Below, piece by piece: positions 13,901 to 24,884 of a DNA stretch of 64,000 bases. A program made the translations under genes and the position numbers. This stretch comes from Bilabrum cf. latius (Eukaryota), in the NCBI GenBank assembly GCA_965178125.1, contig OZ237744.1, positions 372,001 to 436,000 of the forward strand. Reading direction: 5' to 3'. The notes under the pieces were generated by a model that saw only the letters and a list, made by a program, of their open reading frames with translations, did not search any database and was not told the origin of the DNA. The stretch's first letter is position 1; each line of letters starts with the position of its first letter.

Positions 13901-14753
13901 TGCTGCTTCCACTCAATCGGTTCGAGAGTTTCTTGAGCTCCGCACCAAGGCGCAGAATGCCCTTCACGAATAGCGTTACTGCAGCGCGAGGCCTCCTTTG
14001 ATGAGCAAGCAGGCCAGCTGCCAAACCTCCCCAGAGAACCAGGTCACCGAAGCACAGCCACGTGCTCGCTGCAGTCAGAGACACCGGTTGCAACCGCAGG
14101 AGGGCCAGCATGGCACAGGCCGCGCCTGCAGCGACGTGGACGAGGGACGGCAGCAGCGCCAAGCTGAGCAGGAGGATCGAGAAGGTTGCAACCGCGACGC
14201 CTCGCAGAAGCACCGTGTCGTCGACGGCGGCATACACGGCGGCGAATACCAGCCTCCAGTGGATCGTTTCCCTTTGCATGTGCAAAAGTCGAATGGTGGA
14301 CATGTCTCGGTTCAGTTCCCACGATGCTTTGAGCAGGGGCATCAAGCCGAGCGTGATCCACGCACCAATGGTAAATGTCACCAAGACCACGGAGAGGAAG
14401 GTGACCAGACCAGATGCGTTGCCAATCCAACGCTTAGCTTCAATTGCATCGTCAAGACTAGTCCACGGGGTCCCCGCAACGTAGTCTGCCGAAACGCGCT
14501 GGGAACGAACAAAACCTGCACGAACGATGGACAAAACCATCGAAACCGGTGGTCCGAACACCGCTTGCAGAACACCTCTGCTGCCGCCGCGCCCTAAGAG
14601 TGCATCGAATGTTTCTATCCATTCTTGCCTGATGCCCTCGTCAGCTGTCACATGGCCCTAGGCAACTTCTTTTTGCGCTGTGGCGTCGACTGCGTTCTCG
14701 CTCTAAAAGGTAACTGAGGCGTCTGCAGCTATGTCTGCGGTTTCAGTGCTCAT
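4959..14753 (-). CDS. Giant single-exon protein (~3264 aa): N-terminal multi-TM region, coiled coils, C-terminal GGPGRGR repeats and WH2-like LKKT tail
   Basis: Twelve listed minus-strand ORFs (4959 to 13212) are in one frame. The gaps I read contain only TAG (about 30 in total), with no TAA/TGA between ATG 14753 and TGA 4961-4959. Confidence 0.85.
5052..5168 (-). repeat. 21-bp coding tandem repeat (~5.5 copies) encoding GGPGRGR
   Basis: Unit gaccaggcc(c/a)cctcgcccgc-type repeated on the + strand; RGG-like peptide in the giant ORF. Confidence 0.9.
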
Positions 14754-15121
14754 AACCGGCTAACCGTACACCAGAAAAATCGAGCTTGTAGCTGCAGCGA
14801 TAAACACGAGCGATACAGCTGGCATACCTCAAATCCACGAGCCAAGTATCTAGTCTATTATTCCGAATCAGCAGCAACAGCCGGTCTATTACACCAAATC
14901 TCTCTGTATCAGGTAGATTTCCTACTAAACACTGCTGAATTCAAGCTGCCTTTCAACCTTCAAGACAATAAATGGCCCTTTCTCCAGTCGTGCATGTGAA
15001 ATATGATATAATGCAGAAACGCACCCTACTATTGCAACATGGTTTGCCCGACTACAGCGACGGATTTTCAAGCCCCACGGCTTGCTAAAGGATATAGATA
15101 GGCAATGGGCCAAAGGCATGA

Positions 15122-15502
15122 GCGCGTGCATGCTCGCCTCTCTAAAGGATCGTGAGACGCAGAGACGGTCATGGAGGAGGAAATGGTGGGTCTCGACCGG
15201 GGACCCCGATGTGGGACAGGACCGCGCCTTGTGCCGGGCACACGCTCCGCACCTGTATGCTTTCTCCTTGTGAAGGCAACAGGCTGGGGGCCTGTGGGGG
15301 ACCACATTGATGGCGAAGAATGGGAACTCGGCGGCATAGGCTGAGAACGGGGGGCCTTTGGCCTGAAAGGGTCGGGGGTCTTGTAGTCCTTTGTTTTAGG
15401 GCTCCTCTGGATCTAGGTGATCACCCAAACCCCCTCGGGGGCGACGGTGCATCTGGGTGCTTACGGAATCTTTACCCAACAATGTATTTCTGTATTTCTG
15501 TA
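15122..15502 (+). mobile_element. Dispersed repeat, copy 2 (may extend 5' to ~15049)
   Basis: 15122-15495 matches 2531-2904 in inverted orientation with few substitutions. Ends in an extra TATTTCTG unit. Candidate TSD TTTGCC at 15043-15048 and 15503-15508. Confidence 0.65.
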
Positions 15503-15606
15503 TTTGCCGGGCAAACTTTGCCCTACACAGAGGGTGTTCTTGACATGCTGTAAGTAAAACTCAACTTAATATCACTCATTGATCACTCATTGCACCGGCC
15601 CGCACG

Positions 15607-17638
15607 TTACCCGCAGCGCCGCTCCACGATTCCAGCGCCCTCCTCTTCGTACTCTTTCTGGCCGATCCACAGCTGCTGGAACGTGCCGAGAGAGCTGAGC
15701 ACGCTGCCGCCGATCCAAGGCGCAAACTATCTCTCCAATCGCGTCCCGAAGACCACGCGCGGCTTGTGGGACGAAGGGATCAGCCCGCTCAGCTCCGTCT
15801 GCAGTCTGTCCGCCACACCTGGAATGAGGCTACCTCCGCCGCACAGCAGAATGTTCCTGCACAGATCAGGCCGGATGTCCACGTCGACCATGCCGAGGGA
15901 AGTGTGCACCAATCGGTGCAGCGCGTGAGGCAGAGGGGACGTTGTTCCCTGCGAACCAGTCATGCTCGACACCTTGGCGAGTCGTGTTCTCACGGCGATT
16001 TCGTAGGCGTACCTCCCTCGCTTCCGACCAAGGCCTGCACCGGCACCGGCACCGGCGCCTGACTCTGACGCAGCGGGGTCTGAGGAGGACGATGCTGCGC
16101 TGCTCCCGCTGGCACCGCCGGCAGCCGACCCCGCCTTGCCCCCAACGCCGGCCCCGGGCAGCGTAGGCGGAGCAAGGGGCACGTCAGGCTCGATGCGTGC
16201 TGGCAGCGCGGCACCGATGGACGTGTCGAAGAGGATCTCGCCCAGCTCCAGCCTCTGCGTACCCATGCTTAGTATTCGCCCGTCCGGGAGGCAGTACTCC
16301 TCCTCCTCGTCCTCGTCCTCGTCATCGCTGTCCTCTTCTTCATCCTCGCTGTCTTCTTCCTCCTCTTCCTCGTCCTCGTCCTCGCCGCCGTCGCTGCTCT
16401 TGCTCTCCGAAGCACTTGCTCCGCTGCTCGCCTGCTCGCCGTCCATCGGCGCCTGCTCGCTCCCCGAAGCACCTGCATGCGCCTTTTTGGTCGCAAATTT
16501 CTGCCTCGGAACCGCGTATTTGGCCACGGTTGCAACTGATCTCACGATGTCCTCGCCCAGGGCAGTGCGCTCCACGGCGTGGTACGAGGGTCTTGTTCCC
16601 TGGAGCAGGGCGTGCAGGCCCGGGTTTGCTTCCTACAGGGCCTTGCCGCCCCCAGGGGTCCACGAGTGCACCCCGAAGTGGGCCTCCTTCATCACGTAAC
16701 CCGGAATCGAAACAGCTCCGGCCTGAGGGTCCATGCCGCGCGAGCGAGCCGCCGAGCACGCATACCTCGGTCGGAGTGGCACTTGTGTCTCTCTCTCTGC
16801 CATTCTGCACGCGTACTCAGCCAGGGCTCGCATGCCCAGCGGGGACTACTGCACGGGCCTGTTGAGCTGGTACCCCTCTGTCACGGGGCAGACGCGCACG
16901 TGAGCAGCGCCCATGTCGACCACAAGGGCGTTCGGCAAGCCAGCGCTCATGGCTGCGCATGCACTCTGCTTGGCGAGGAAGGCGGCAGGGCAGTTCAGGC
17001 CCTCGAAAAGCAGTTCTGCCATTTTCTCTCGCTGGGCGGCTGGGATGAGCGCGTGCTCAAGCAGCAGCAAGGGGTGGTCCGACGCACTTGCGCCCAGAGA
17101 GGCCAGCGAATGCTAAAGCAGGCATTCCATGGCTTCCCAGTCTAATACTGCGAGTGAAAAGGCCTTACATGTGGTCGCTGATGCCGAGTAAGATGCTTGC
17201 GTCGAGCAGTGCCGGATGCAATGCCCATTGCTACTTTGCGGCTCTCACCGTTTCCGTCCTCAAAGATATGAACCATGTCTTGATTCGGTCTATACTTCAT
17301 TGCTACATCACCTATGTATAATGGGCTATTATCGCCCGGGGTCTTGCTATAAAAGACCCCATTTCTAGCATCACTTTTGGTCGAAGGCGTCCCTGCCACC
17401 GCCGCTCCCACCGAGCCCTCCGACTCCGAAATAACCCGAGAGGCTGCCGTCTATATACAACAATCTGGCATATCCCTCCCAGCCCATCCTACCTTAGTGA
17501 CGGCGGATCCCGTATCAATCACGATTGCTCCAGTTTCATCTGCGAAAGGGATGAATAGCAACGATTCAGGAAGACGTACAGGAAAGTACGCCCATTTTGT
17601 GCCAAAATACAATTGTGTAACATACCACCGCAGTACAT
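15607..17638 (-). CDS. ARP4: Actin-related protein 4 (BAF53/ACTL6-like), 3 exons
   Basis: N-terminus [16 protein letters not shown]; introns 17625-17540 and 17248-17148 (GT-AG). Motifs [26 protein letters not shown] and C-terminal [30 protein letters not shown]. Five in-frame TAG; ends at TAA 15609-15607. Confidence 0.9.
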
Positions 17639-17769
17639 GACGGGACAGGAGAGTCGTAGCTACGTTCAGGGCTAGTTGGGCCCGCATTCGATAAATCTGC
17701 ATTGTAATCTGCAGTCGAAAATGCACGGTTCTTTGTGGTCGCAACGGATTGGTCCATTCAGCGCTAAGA

Positions 17770-19434
17770 ATGGCGGCTTCTGATGCCGTTCCTCCTTCTC
17801 TTCCACATGGAACAGATCCAAAAGGAAGTTTTGTTGCTGATGGGCCCGCTGGTAGCGCATCAGAATCGATGTATGGGGATCCGTCGACCGCAGCGTCTGG
17901 CGCGGGGGCCTCATCATCAACTGCTTTGGAAGAAAATTCAAGATTAGCCGAGGCTTCCTCGCTTGCTGGCCTTGCTGGAAAGGGAACGATTCTGAGATTT
18001 ACCATTGAGCCTGACGGATTCATCGATCCAGTGGAGTTCCCCCTCGACTTGACTGTTCGGCGGCTTCGCGATGCCATTGCTGCAGACTTGAGCGGGCTCC
18101 CGCCAACCCACTTGGTCATCAGGTTCCGGGGAGTATTCGCACACCCTGATAAAACTCTAGCCGAGTGTGGGCTGCAGGCTGGCAGATCTGAGGAGGGTCA
18201 GATCATGATAGATTCCAACCAGCAGGGCGATGACTACTAGATGCCCGACATCCTCATCGTTGGCGTGCGGGACGACAAAACAGGAAGTTTGCAGCAAGAA
18301 TTTAGGGTCAAGATTGAAAGGGCAGAGGACAGCCGCAAGCCTTACGTGGGCGGCTTCCGTCACAAGAAAAGCGGAGCCGTCTTTCACCACGCCGCCAGCC
18401 AGACCCCGACGGACTCTGGAGCCGCAGCCGGCAAAGGCGAAGGATCGAAGAAGCCCTCGGTGGAAAAAGTATCCAGAGACACGCAGACGGTGCAGGTGCG
18501 CTCCTGCAGCATCCAGACGACGAGGGAGGCAGCCACGCAGATGGAGCGCAAGGACCTGCTCATCGACGACACGCGAGACAGGGTTGTCAAGCCGGGAAAA
18601 TATTTTTCCGCTGACGAGCTGGACGCCCTCAAGGGCGAGAAGGCTGTGCTGATCCAGAGGCACTGGCGGGGTAGCCTAGCGAGGGGCTACGCGCGGGGCC
18701 TCAGAGATGCTCGCTCCAAAGAGGCGTCCGATTTGGCAGCCGCGGAGCTCCGTGCCAGGGAGGAGGCCGCTCGACTGGAGGCGGAGCAGGCGGAGCGGCG
18801 GCTGCACCCGAAGAGCAAGAAGGATTTCGCGGTTTTGTTCGGAGAGATAGAGGCGTGGCGCGCCTCGGAAACGGCTCGCGTGCACGAGGAGATTGGCGAG
18901 GCCGAGGAGAAGCAGGAAGAAATCGCGCGTATCCTAGCCAAGGAAACTGCCATGCTGCAGACGGTCGACAGGTTAAAGACGCAGGCAGGGAAGGAAGGAA
19001 CCAAGACGAAGGTTCGCAAGCAGCTGGAAGCGATGGCTGCGCCCAAGAAATGGGAGCTCGGCGACGGCGAGGCTGCAGACGTGCACACCCCCTTCACCAC
19101 ACGAGCCAAGGAACTGCTGGATCTGTACAACGGCTTGGAATCGTGGGTGGGGCAGGACCCGCAGGCAAGGCTTGACGTGCTCATGCACACGAAGTGGACC
19201 GTGAAAGAGTTCGACTGCGGTCTGACGAGGGAGGTCGTGGAGCTGATTGACAGGGAAGCGGACCTGATCGGCCGCGGCAGGCCAACCAAGAGCCTCAAAT
19301 CCCTCCGGAAGCGCCTGCTGAATCTGTTTCTCCAGTTTGTCAAGACGCCAGAGTTCAACCCGGAGGCTGCTCGCTTCGTCAAGGTACCGCAGGACCTCGC
19401 GTCCAGGCCGCACGTAGCGCCGATAGTCGGTTGA
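17770..19434 (+). CDS. IQUB: IQ and ubiquitin-like domain-containing protein (flagellar radial spoke)
   Basis: A ubiquitin-like N-terminal ORF joins 18241..19434 through one TAG (18238). Motifs KPYVGGFRHKKSGAVFHHA, SRDTQT, IQ motif IQRHWRG, FLQFVKTPEFNPEAAR. Stop is TGA. Confidence 0.9.
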
Positions 19435-19645
19435 ATGTTGGTTTGGAGTTGCGCTCATTTCTGCCGTGCATTCTATGCCTCGTGCTCACTTGTCGCTTCG
19501 TGCACTCCACCGATCGCCGATCCGCAGCCTGAGGGGCGGCGCCGCGCAACATTGGGAGGCGGAACCTAATCCATCCAGACCCGCACGGAAATCTATCGCA
19601 ACTGCACTCAGTAGGATCCCGGGAGAGAGCATCGTATCTTGGGCC

Positions 19646-21114
19646 ATGAATGGATTGAGATAGCTCGTCGCGCCAAGAACTATTGGTTTACGCTAGGTAT
19701 TATGCGTGTCTAGGAGGATTGCGAGCGCCAGAATGGCAAGCACACATGCATACTTTCGCCCAAGCCCTGTTTAGGGTCACGTGTAGCTCGTTGTACCGCT
19801 TAAAGGTAACGATGTTGCATCATTTCCGCTCAAGCCGTGTAAGTTTGCCGGAGTAGCTGCAACGGACCAGGATGGACGCCTCAGAATCACCCCCGCCGCC
19901 TCCTTGGGGTAGCTTGCCTTCTCGCAGCATGCACGGCTGCTGAAATACAGGATATGTTGCAGAATGAGGAAGAAATAGATAGTGTAAGGTTGCTGGCCCT
20001 TGACAAAGTGAGTTCCATCGAGTCAGGTACCAGCGTAGCTGACCTGGCCCAGCACGGCTTCGTGGCCGAGGTCACCGGCAGCATAGCAGGGCAGGCGGGG
20101 ACACCCATGCATATACTTGTGGGACCCGAGCGGCTTGGATCCTCTGCTTGGACATCCAGAGACGTTGACGGGCTGTTGACGCTGCCAGAGGTGCTGCGGA
20201 AGGGCTCCTACGTCAGGTTGCGAAAGTCGCTCGCCGCGCGCACTGAGAGGCAGATCACGGTGGACGAGTACGTCGCGATGTGCGAGCGATAGGGAATTGA
20301 GCACGCGGAGGCGCTGCGATTGCTGCGAGACCTGCACAGGGCCGGCGTTGTTCTTCACTTCCGCCGGCACCACGACCAGATCGTGAGAAGCACCGTTTTC
20401 CTGCAGCCGGGCGAGGTGCTGGATGACGTCTTCGACACGCTGGGGTTCGAGGGACCCAGCCAGCGATTCGCGAGGGAGCGTCGCGCCGCGAAGGAAACCG
20501 AGCTGCGGAGGCTCGAGCAGATGCTCCGCGACAAGCAGGCTGCAAGGGAGCTCGTGGAATCCTCCGCAAAGTCGTGGGCGAGCGCCTCCACGACCGCTTC
20601 TTTCGTTGCCATGACCGCCGGTGTTGGATTTTACGCGTACTTGACGTTCGATTACCTGTCCTGGGACATCATGGAGCCCGTGACGTATTTCACCGGCGAG
20701 GCCGTGGTCTTGCTCGCCTACTTTTGGTGGCTTGCGACCAACACAGAGTTTGAGTACGAGGCCATGGAGAAAACGGTGTCGCGCTGGAGGAAGTCGCAGA
20801 TGTACAGCGGGCTAGCCACCGCCAAGCCGGAACTGCTCGCTGCTGAGGGGAACCCCGCCCAAGGTGGGGACGATCCGGAGTCGTTCGAGTCCGTCGTGGA
20901 CACCCTGCAGCAGCAGGTTGTCGCCGTCAAGGAGGAATTGGATATGCTGGATCGCACCAGGTTCGACCCCGCACTGGTGAGCTACTACGAGGCTTCTAAC
21001 CCCATGTCGCTGGAAGAGGTGGAGGCTGATCTCGCGCAGGGTCGCTCGGCAGCACCGAGGGGTGCCGGCACCACGCCCAGCGTAGAATCTCTTGAGGATG
21101 ATGCCAGAAGGTGA
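19646..21114 (+). CDS. MCU: Mitochondrial calcium uniporter, 2 exons
   Basis: Selectivity filter SWDIMEPVTYF lies between two TM helices. Arg-rich presequence from ATG 19646. Intron 19839-19927 (GTAAGT..GCAG) restores the frame. Five in-frame TAG; stop is TGA. Confidence 0.9.
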
Positions 21115-21307
21115 TGACGTGACTTGGAATGGTGAAGGCACTTTGTACATGTCCTGCAATTATTCTCTGTTGCGTAGATTTTCGATTATCTACTAACGGA
21201 ACCTTGCCGAGGTTCCGTTCCCGGCGGTTCCGCCACGGCTCGGTTCGGCCACGCGGCGACCGCACAACATTTATCCTCCTCCTCCCGTGGAATCACACCT
21301 AGCAAGC

Positions 21308-22700
21308 ATGGCCGCCGTATCGGGAGCTCCAGCAGATTCTGCGGGTGTTACACTTCCCACCATTGCCGCCTCGGCAAGCAGCTCGGAGGGATCAGACAAG
21401 CGTGTTCCCGTGACGATCCTGACGGGCTTCCTTGGTGCTGGAAAGACTACGCTCCTCAACCACATTTTGGAGGGGACGCACGGGAAGAAGTTTGCTGTCA
21501 TTGAAAACGAGTACGGGTGAGCAGGGGAATTGGCCTGCTTGCGCACCCTTTGCCTTCGTGTGAGTGAGGGACGCCACATTGCACTTGCTCGCACAAATGC
21601 AACCAGTCCGTGTTCGCAGGGAGGTTGGAATAGACGATGCCCTGGTTCGCCAAAGATTTGACACAGAAGAAGAAATATTTGAGATGAACAATGGTTGCCT
21701 CTGCTGCACGGTGCGCGGAGATTTGATCCGGATTCTCCACCGCATCCTGAAGCGAGCCAAGAAGCTCGATGGGATCATCATTGAGACCACCGGGCTGGCA
21801 GATCCCGCTCCAGTGGTCCAGACGTTCTACATGGATGACACCGTGGCGAAGCGAGCTCGCCTCGACTGCATTCTGACCGTCGCCGACTGCAAGCACCTCG
21901 AGCTGCACCTCGACGAGAAGAAAGAGGGCGGGGCCGTCAACGAGGCAGCGCAGCAGGTCGCATTTGCGGACCGAATCCTCCTCAACAAGGTAGATTTGGT
22001 CACCAAGGAGGACCAGGCCCGCGTGACTGCCCGAATCAAGGCGATGAATTCGATGGCCCAGGTGATCCCCTGCACGAAGTGCGAGGTGGACCTCAGCCAC
22101 GTCCTGGGCCTGGATGCATTCAGCCTCCAGAGGATCCTCGAGAAGGACCCTTCTTTCTTGAGCGAGGGTGACGCAGAACCCCCTGCGAAGAAAGCCAAGG
22201 TGGAGGGTGCCGGAGACGACGGGCACAAGCACGAGGGCGAGGAGGCGGGAGGGCACGGCCATTCACACGGCCATTCCCATGGGGAGGCTGAGGGCCACTC
22301 ACACGGGGATGGGCATGGGCATTCACACGGGCATGGGCATTCACACGGACACGCGCACCACCATGACGACAAGGTGGGCAGCCTGGCCGTGGTCGTTCCC
22401 GGCAGCCTTGACGAGGGCAAGTTCAACGACTGGCTCGGAGTTCTCCTGAAAGAGAAGGGGGCCGACATCTACCGCTGCAAGGGGGTGCTCGCCATGGCCG
22501 ACAGGGAGGAAAAGATGGTGTGCCAGGGCGTGCACATGATCTTCCTCGTGGAGCCCTTGGGCCCCTGGGGGCCGGCCGAGAAGAGGCAGTCCAAGATGGT
22601 CTTCATCGGCAAGGAGCTGGACAAGGAGGAGCTCAGCAAGGGGCTGACGGCTTGCGCGGCCAAGGGGGGCGCTGCGGCCAAGGCTGGCAAGTCGTCGTGA
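21308..22700 (+). CDS. COG0523/CobW-family (ZNG1/CBWD-like) metallochaperone GTPase with His-rich insert, 2 exons
   Basis: Motifs [24 protein letters not shown] across intron 21517-21619, [21 protein letters not shown], a His/Gly-rich tract and a CobW C-terminal domain. Stop is TGA. Confidence 0.93.
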
Positions 22701-23051
22701 TTGATGATGGAGCGCTCGTGGATATCTCACAGCACCGAGCCGCTGCAAGAATGAGAAACATCCGTGCCTGATACAGACTGGCAGTGGCGCTGCCCGACCT
22801 ACACCACAGAGGCATTTGGCGCCGCTGACTGCCACTGGAGTCCCTTCTATGCGCTTTGACTTCAGAGATAATGAGAGTGACTGATTGCAGAGTGCCGAGT
22901 TCGCCGCAAAGGCCACTGACTGGCCATCTGCCTGTCGTTGTTGCCCTGCTGTGTTCTTTGATGTTGCAATATAGGTATACGACATCTGTCGCATCTCACT
23001 TTCAATTCAAAGCCTCTCCCGCTTCCCACTGACACTCCCCGTACGATCAAA

Positions 23052-24721
23052 TCAGTACGTGTTTCCCTTAAGGTGACCCGCGCAGCTCTGCGGGGGCTCC
23101 GCCTTGGCGGTTTTCTTGGCAGCCACCGGCCGCACGGCCTTGGAGACCCGGTTGTACGGGCTGTGGCTGTACTTTTCGTAGATGGCGCGCAGGGCGATGC
23201 CAGCTGCATCCCTGTGGCACTGCGCGATGTCTTCGGCGCATTCGCTGAGCTCCTACTCCGCGTATCCCGTGTAGTGCTGCAGGGTGGGGGTCCAGTCCGC
23301 CTCTCCGGCGGGGAAAATGTCGGGCTTGTTGTAGCGAGCCGTGCGCCTGGCGTTGAGGATGACAGCGGCGCACACCTCGGAAGGCCTGTACTTGAGGAAC
23401 CTGTACTCCTGCAGGCTCAGCTCGCACGTGTACTTGGTGAGGTTTGTCACCAGGTCGCCCCGCTTGGCGCCAGCGGCCCGCAGGTACCGCGCCATGAAGG
23501 TCTTGGGCGTGGCGCAGCGGAGCCTGTAACCCAGCTGCTCCGCAACGCGCCGTTCCATGGCGATGATTTCCTCCCTCGAGTAGGTATTGTTGGAAATGTA
23601 GCAGAACTCGTTCACGCTCGGCGCGTAGATCTCCTCGTATTTGGAGGCGAGCAGCATGGCGGCGCAACCGAGCAGCTGCAGCCTCGCCCTCGAGATGGGC
23701 ACGTGAGTCAAATACCTATCGACGTACTGGACCTGCGAGGCAAGAAAATAAGAAGGACAGAAAAGAAATACCGGAAGTAACGGGACGGCACAGGGCACGA
23801 GAGAGACACCGGCAGCGCTTGCACCAGTCAAGTGCGGTGCCCCAATCGAAGCAAATCGGCCCTCACAGCAATGTAGAGAGTCTCCGGCATGAGCCTGTAC
23901 TCCTCGATCACCTCCACCAGCCAGTCCACGAGGATGGCCCTCATGCCGGGGTCCACGTCCGACTGCACCGTCTGCATGTAGTTCGTCGAGATCCGGTGCT
24001 GGGTCTGCGAATCGATCTTTGAATGATGAGAGAAAGGTGCGTGATATGAGTCAGGAGGGCGGCAGCACGAAGGGGTTGGGGCGTGGTTTGAGGCGCGCGC
24101 GCATGGCCGGGCGATGGCCGTGCATGCCAAACCTCACGTCGATCGACTTGTAATTCTCGTAAATGTCCTGCGCGTACGCTGTCACGTGGGCCTCCTTGCC
24201 CTCCACCATCGCGTCAATGTCACGCACTCCTTCAGGAAGCTTCGGTTTCTGCGCTGCAGCTGGGTCCATGCTTCCCGCACCCGCACCAGAGGCGGCCGGC
24301 TTGCTTGTTCTAGACTTCTTTGCCGGCCGTTCGTCGGCAGTGTTCTGGGGCGCAACTGACAAACCAGGAGCAGATGACGAGCTAGAAGAGGTAGCTGCCG
24401 ATGATGAGGATGATGAGACCTACGACGCGGTTTTGGCCGCTTTGGCGGCTCTGCGGCGGCTGCGGGAGCTCCCATCCTCCGTGGATCGAAGCGGTCCGGA
24501 CGAAGCGTCTGCTTGTACAACCATCACCGCTTCGCGGGGCCTCTGCGGCATAAGTTGAAATATAAGACAATGAAGTCTACGCTGGGAAGCTAAGCAGGAA
24601 GCTGTGGCGGGAGGACAGCAAGGCGAAGCCAACGAAATCTTGAATCGCGCCCTTTCGAAAAGCGCACCTTAGTTCCTGCTGTTGCAGCCTGCCTTGCCTC
24701 GTTCGCCTCAACCTATGACAT
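23052..24721 (-). CDS. A-type cyclin, ~4 exons
   Basis: Cyclin box [44 protein letters not shown]. Three GT-AG introns inferred. TAG at 23253 lies inside the C-terminal cyclin fold (HYTGYAE*EL). Stop TGA 23054-23052. The first exon is less certain. Confidence 0.88.
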
Positions 24722-24884
24722 TTCCTTCAATACTTTCCCATATTTTCCACGTTTACCTCCACCTCCTGGCATCGGAGAGCCTTTTTTAGACCTCAAATGC
24801 CTCGAGATCAACGGGCGCGACCAATTTAATGTAACGTGCACGTATCCCAGAGTGCCGTTGCTCCGCTTCCTCAGCTCTTCTGCT

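Noticed and set aside
11077-14001. Long antisense ORFs (e.g. 11077..12189, 13243..14001; likewise 58778..60157)
   Set aside because: Shadow ORFs opposite real genes in GC-rich DNA, with no recognisable motifs.
2531-15495. 13-kb element with 374-bp terminal inverted repeats (Polinton/virophage/DNA transposon)
   Set aside because: No integrase, transposase, polymerase, packaging ATPase or capsid motif recognised inside. No compositional shift and no TSD around the whole block. Copy 1 has its own TSD.
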